DNA of 42,077 nucleotides from an uncultured Azonexus sp. (GTDB lineage Bacteria; Pseudomonadota; Gammaproteobacteria; Burkholderiales; Rhodocyclaceae): NCBI GenBank assembly GCA_937983545.1, contig CALJZP010000217.1, positions 1 to 42,077 of the forward strand, read 5' to 3'. Shown piece by piece: positions 38,541 to 42,077 of this stretch (position 1 is its first letter; each line of letters starts with the position of its first letter). The notes under the pieces were generated by a model. It saw only the letters and a program-made list of their open reading frames with translations, ran no database searches and was not told where the DNA came from. The position numbers and the translations under genes were made by a program.

Positions 38541-39893
38541 ATGGGCCAACGAAAAATCTGGGAAAAACTGCTGTCGAGCGAACGTCTCGGTGCCGGCAAG
38601 GCGCCGGAATCGGCCGAGCGGACGGCTTTCCAGCAGGACTACGATCGTATTGTCTTCACCTCGGCCTTTCGCCGCCTGAAGGACAAGACGCAGGTTTTCC
38701 CGCTCTCCAAGAGCGATTACGTCCGTACCCGCCTGACGCACAGCCTCGAGGCGAGTTGCGTTGGTCGTTCGCTGGGTGCGGTAATCGGTCGCGAGATCAT
38801 TGCCCGACATGGGCTGAAGGATGTGGAATCCGGCGATTTCGGCGCCATTATTGCTGCCGCCTGCCTGGCTCACGATATCGGCAATCCGCCTTTCGGCCAT
38901 GCCGGCGAGGATGCCATTCGCGAGTGGTTCCGCAATTCCGGCCTGCTCGAGCGGCATGCCTTCACCCCGGCACAACGGGCTGATTTCGAGCGTTACGAAG
39001 GTAATGCCCAGGGGTTTCGTATCGTCAGCCGCCTGCAAAGCCCGGCCAACCCCGGCGGGCTGCAACTGACCAGCGCGGTACTCGCCACCTTCACCAAATA
39101 TCCGCGGCCTTCTTACATCGATTGTGAACTGGACGGCAAAAGCGGCAAGAAATTCGGATTCTTCCAGCAGGATGCGGATAATTTTGCCCAGGTGGCGCGC
39201 TCGACCGGCATGGTCGAACGCATTCCGGGTCTTGCCTGGCGCCGCCACCCGCTCGCCTCGCTGGTCGAAGTGGCGGACGACACCTGCTACCTGATCGTCG
39301 ATCTCGAGGATGCCGCGCGGCTTGGCTTCGTGCCGTACAAGGACGCCGAATGCCTGCTCGGCGACCTGGCCGGCAATGCCGTCAATGGCGGGCGCCTGGC
39401 GCATCTGCACGATCCGAAGGAACGCCTGGAATACCTGCGCGCCAAGGCCATCGGCTGCCTGATCAATGGCGCCGCGGCGGTTTTTCTCGAGAACGAATCG
39501 GCCATCCTGAGCGGCGACTTCGATGACGAGCTGCTGGAAAACTCGCCCATCGCCCGTCCCTTGCAGGCTGTCCTCAAGCTGGCCAAGGAAACCATTTACA
39601 CGGCGCGCCCGGCGCTGGAGATCGAAACCGCCGGTTTCGAGGTACTGGGAGCCTTGCTGGGGTTGTTCACCAACGCCGTCGAAGCCAGGGCCGGTGTACC
39701 GGGGGCACGCTACACGACCCGCGAACGCATGCTGATGAAACTGCTGCCTACCCAATTTCTCGGGCACGATGGCGAGCCGGATCCCGATCCGTACATCCGC
39801 CTCCTGCAGGTTGCCGATTTCGTGGCCGGGATGACCGATTCCTACGCGGTCGACATGTACCGCAAACTCAAGGGTTTCGATCTGCCGACCTGA
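38541..39893 (+). CDS. dgt: dGTP triphosphohydrolase
   Basis: FRRLKDKTQVF, RTRLTHSLE, HDIGNPPFGHAGE, EGNAQG, ADD, DFVAGMTDSYA. Confidence 0.93.
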   Translation: MGQRKIWEKLLSSERLGAGKAPESAERTAFQQDYDRIVFTSAFRRLKDKTQVFPLSKSDYVRTRLTHSLEASCVGRSLGAVIGREIIARHGLKDVESGDFGAIIAAACLAHDIGNPPFGHAGEDAIREWFRNSGLLERHAFTPAQRADFERYEGNAQGFRIVSRLQSPANPGGLQLTSAVLATFTKYPRPSYIDCELDGKSGKKFGFFQQDADNFAQVARSTGMVERIPGLAWRRHPLASLVEVADDTCYLIVDLEDAARLGFVPYKDAECLLGDLAGNAVNGGRLAHLHDPKERLEYLRAKAIGCLINGAAAVFLENESAILSGDFDDELLENSPIARPLQAVLKLAKETIYTARPALEIETAGFEVLGALLGLFTNAVEARAGVPGARYTTRERMLMKLLPTQFLGHDGEPDPDPYIRLLQVADFVAGMTDSYAVDMYRKLKGFDLPT

Positions 39894-40806
39894 AGTTTCC
39901 CCAAGGCGGCACCGGAGAGAACTGGCGCTCCAGCTCCTCCAGGAAAACGCGGACTTTCGGCAGGCGTACCCGGCCCGGGGTGTAGCAGGCATACAGATCG
40001 CGGCCAAGGCCGGTCAGGGGTTCGTAATCGTCGAGCACGGTTTCCAGGTTGCCGCGCCGGATTTCAGGGCCGGCCATGTAGGTGGGCAGGATAGCCAGTC
40101 CATGCCCGGCCATGACGGCACCGAAGATGCAGTCCAGGTTGTTGAAACGAAAGCGGCTGGATATCGGTATGCTGGCCTGTTCGCCGTTGCGCCCCAGCAG
40201 CTCGAGCGTACTGCTGGTTTCGGCCTGCAGGTAGCCAAAACAGGCGTGCCTGATCAGGTCGCCCGGGTGTTGCGGCCTGCCATGTGTCGCCAGATAGTCC
40301 GGCGTTGCGCAAATGACGCGTTCGATGGAAAACAGCCGGCGGGCGACGGCATCTTCGGGAGGCGCCTTGGTATGGCGCAGCGCGAGGTCGATATTGTTGT
40401 CGAACAGATCGAGCAATTGGTCGGAGAGAACCAGTTCGCATTCCAGTTCCGGGTACTGTGCCGTGATACGCGGCAGTAGCGGGGCGATGTACAGGCGGCC
40501 GAAGGCGAGGGAAGCGCTGATGCGCAGCAGGCCGCAGGGCGTATCGCCGAGGTTGCGCACGGCGATCTCGGTACTGGCCACGGCATCCAGGGCGCGCAGC
40601 GCATGCTGGTAGAAGACTTCGCCGGAAGGCGTCAGGGCCAGTTTGCGGGTCGAGCGTTCGAACAGCCGAACACCGAAATTGCGCTCCAGTTCGGCGATCT
40701 GCTTGCTGACCTGGGCGCGCGTGCAATCCAGCCGGCGGGCGGCGCCGGCCATGCTGCCGGTTTCAACCACCCGGACAAAACTTTCCCAACTGCTGAGCCA
40801 GTTCAT
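39868..40806 (-). CDS. LysR-family transcriptional regulator
   Basis: FVRVVETGSMAGAARRL..VSKQIAELERNFGVRLFERSTRKLALTPSG. Confidence 0.93.
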   Translation of the reverse strand: MNWLSSWESFVRVVETGSMAGAARRLDCTRAQVSKQIAELERNFGVRLFERSTRKLALTPSGEVFYQHALRALDAVASTEIAVRNLGDTPCGLLRISASLAFGRLYIAPLLPRITAQYPELECELVLSDQLLDLFDNNIDLALRHTKAPPEDAVARRLFSIERVICATPDYLATHGRPQHPGDLIRHACFGYLQAETSSTLELLGRNGEQASIPISSRFRFNNLDCIFGAVMAGHGLAILPTYMAGPEIRRGNLETVLDDYEPLTGLGRDLYACYTPGRVRLPKVRVFLEELERQFSPVPPWGNFRSADRNP

Positions 40807-40908
40807 TTGTCAATTTTCCGTTGACGATACGGTGCCAATTATGGGCTATTGGGTAACTTATTTGGCGACTATAGTTCGGGCTGACAACCGACAGGCATAA
40901 CGATATAT

Positions 40909-42077
40909 ATGTTTCGCGCACTGAATCGCCCCGACATTCTCATCACCGCCCTGGCGGCCGCCGGGATCATGATGATCTCGATGGGCATCCGCCAATCGCA
41001 GGGCCTGTTTGTCGCGCCGCTCAACGACACCACCGGACTGGGAATCGCCACCATCAGCTTCGCGCTGGCCATCGGGCAATTTACTTGGGGCGCCATCCAG
41101 CCGCTGGCCGGCGCCGTTGCCGATCGCCACGGGCCGCGAGTCGTGCTGATTGCCGGCATCGTGATGCTGGCCGTCGGTTGTGCGCTGACGCCGTACATGG
41201 GCACCGGCTTCGGCCTGGCCGTGTCGCTTGGCCTGTTCTGCGCGATGGGCTCGGGCGCCAGCAGCTTTTCCGTATTGCTGGGTGCCGCCGCCCAGCGCAT
41301 GCCGGCCGAGGCGCGCGGTGCAGCTTCCGGATTGATCAATGCCGGCGGCTCCTTCGGGCAGTTCGTCTTTGCTCCCATTCTGCAGAAGCTGATCCAGGGC
41401 CTGGGCTGGGTGAACGCCATGTGGGCGATGGCGGCCACGGCCTTGCTGGCCTTGCCGCTGGTCGGCAAGCTGACGCAATCGACCCATGCCATGCACGTTC
41501 AGGACGACGAGGGCGGGGTGCTGAAGGCGCTCGGCACGGCCATGCAGGATCGCAGTTATCTGCTGCTGCACGCCGGTTTCTTCACCTGCGGGTTCCACAT
41601 CGCCTTTCTCGTCACCCACCTGCCGGGTGAGGTGAATTTGTGTGGCCTGCCGCCCGCCGTAGCCAGCTGGTCGCTGGCCATCATCGGCCTGACCAACATC
41701 TTCGGCAGCCTGTACGCCGGTTCCTGCGTCGCCAAGTACCGCAGCAAATACGTGCTGGCCATCATGTATGGTTCGCGGGCGTTGCTCATCGCCTGGTACC
41801 TGATGATGCCGCGCACCGAATGGACGTTCTATGTTTTCGCCGCCGGTCTCGGTTTCACCTGGCTGGCCACGGTGCCGCCGACCGCCGCCATCGTCGGCAA
41901 GCTGTTCGGCATCCGCTACCTGGCGACGCTGTTCGGCATGACGCTGCTGTCGCACCAGATCGGCGGTTTCCTCGGCGCCTGGCTGGGCGGCCTGGCGATC
42001 ACGCAATTCGGCGACTTCGGCTGGATGTGGTACGCCGACATGGCGCTGGCCGCCGTTGCCGCCGTGCTCAACCTGCC
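40909..42077 (+). CDS. MFS transporter, truncated by window edge
   Basis: Manual translation MFRALNRPDILITALAAAGIMMISMGIRQSQGLF...GAVADRHGPR...FFTCGFHIAF...SHQIGGFLG; open to window end; divergent from LysR. Confidence 0.88.
   Translation, partial: MFRALNRPDILITALAAAGIMMISMGIRQSQGLFVAPLNDTTGLGIATISFALAIGQFTWGAIQPLAGAVADRHGPRVVLIAGIVMLAVGCALTPYMGTGFGLAVSLGLFCAMGSGASSFSVLLGAAAQRMPAEARGAASGLINAGGSFGQFVFAPILQKLIQGLGWVNAMWAMAATALLALPLVGKLTQSTHAMHVQDDEGGVLKALGTAMQDRSYLLLHAGFFTCGFHIAFLVTHLPGEVNLCGLPPAVASWSLAIIGLTNIFGSLYAGSCVAKYRSKYVLAIMYGSRALLIAWYLMMPRTEWTFYVFAAGLGFTWLATVPPTAAIVGKLFGIRYLATLFGMTLLSHQIGGFLGAWLGGLAITQFGDFGWMWYADMALAAVAAVLNL

Noticed and set aside
38541-39893. dGTPase as an anti-phage nucleotide-depletion system
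   Set aside because: It is embedded among housekeeping genes (ETF-QO, thioesterase, LysR) about 18 kb from Zorya, so the housekeeping dgt is the simpler reading
1-42077. CRISPR arrays, tRNA/rRNA, IS elements, integrases or att sites bounding the defence block
   Set aside because: No regularly spaced nucleotide repeats, RNA gene signatures, transposase/integrase ORFs or flanking direct repeats were seen by eye

Overview
GC-rich betaproteobacterial chromosomal window; the gene set is suggestive of Rhodocyclales (Dechloromonas/Azonexus-like), which is an inference only. A housekeeping backbone (nudC, glpK/glpD, purL, ppiD, fabI, ETF-QO, dgt) is interleaved with accessory blocks. (i) Redox/copper block: thioredoxin-like-MsrB fusion, selO, cueR-copA with a clear CueR promoter. 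(ii) Four-gene Zorya type III-like anti-phage operon (DUF3348, DUF802/ZorA, OmpA/ZorB, DUF2894). (iii) Directly downstream and co-oriented, an unannotated two-gene module: a 742-aa protein with a long Ser/Thr-rich segment resembling a beta-pore-forming stem, and a ~615-aa frameshifted protein with polymorphic-toxin-like architecture and a possible nuclease C-terminus. This module is the best candidate for an undescribed system. (iv) RclR/RcsR-like AraC regulator divergent from an AhpD-like peroxidase plus cytochrome P460, next to a stand-alone CZB protein. (v) Two tiny divergent genes around two LexA boxes, one ending in a beta-clamp-like QxxLF motif. (vi) nemA(stop)-TetR-yciI-tag operon with tandem operators. 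Three genes carry lesions: a glpK in-frame deletion, a frameshift near 12735 and a nemA nonsense codon. No rRNA, tRNA, CRISPR array or mobile element was seen.
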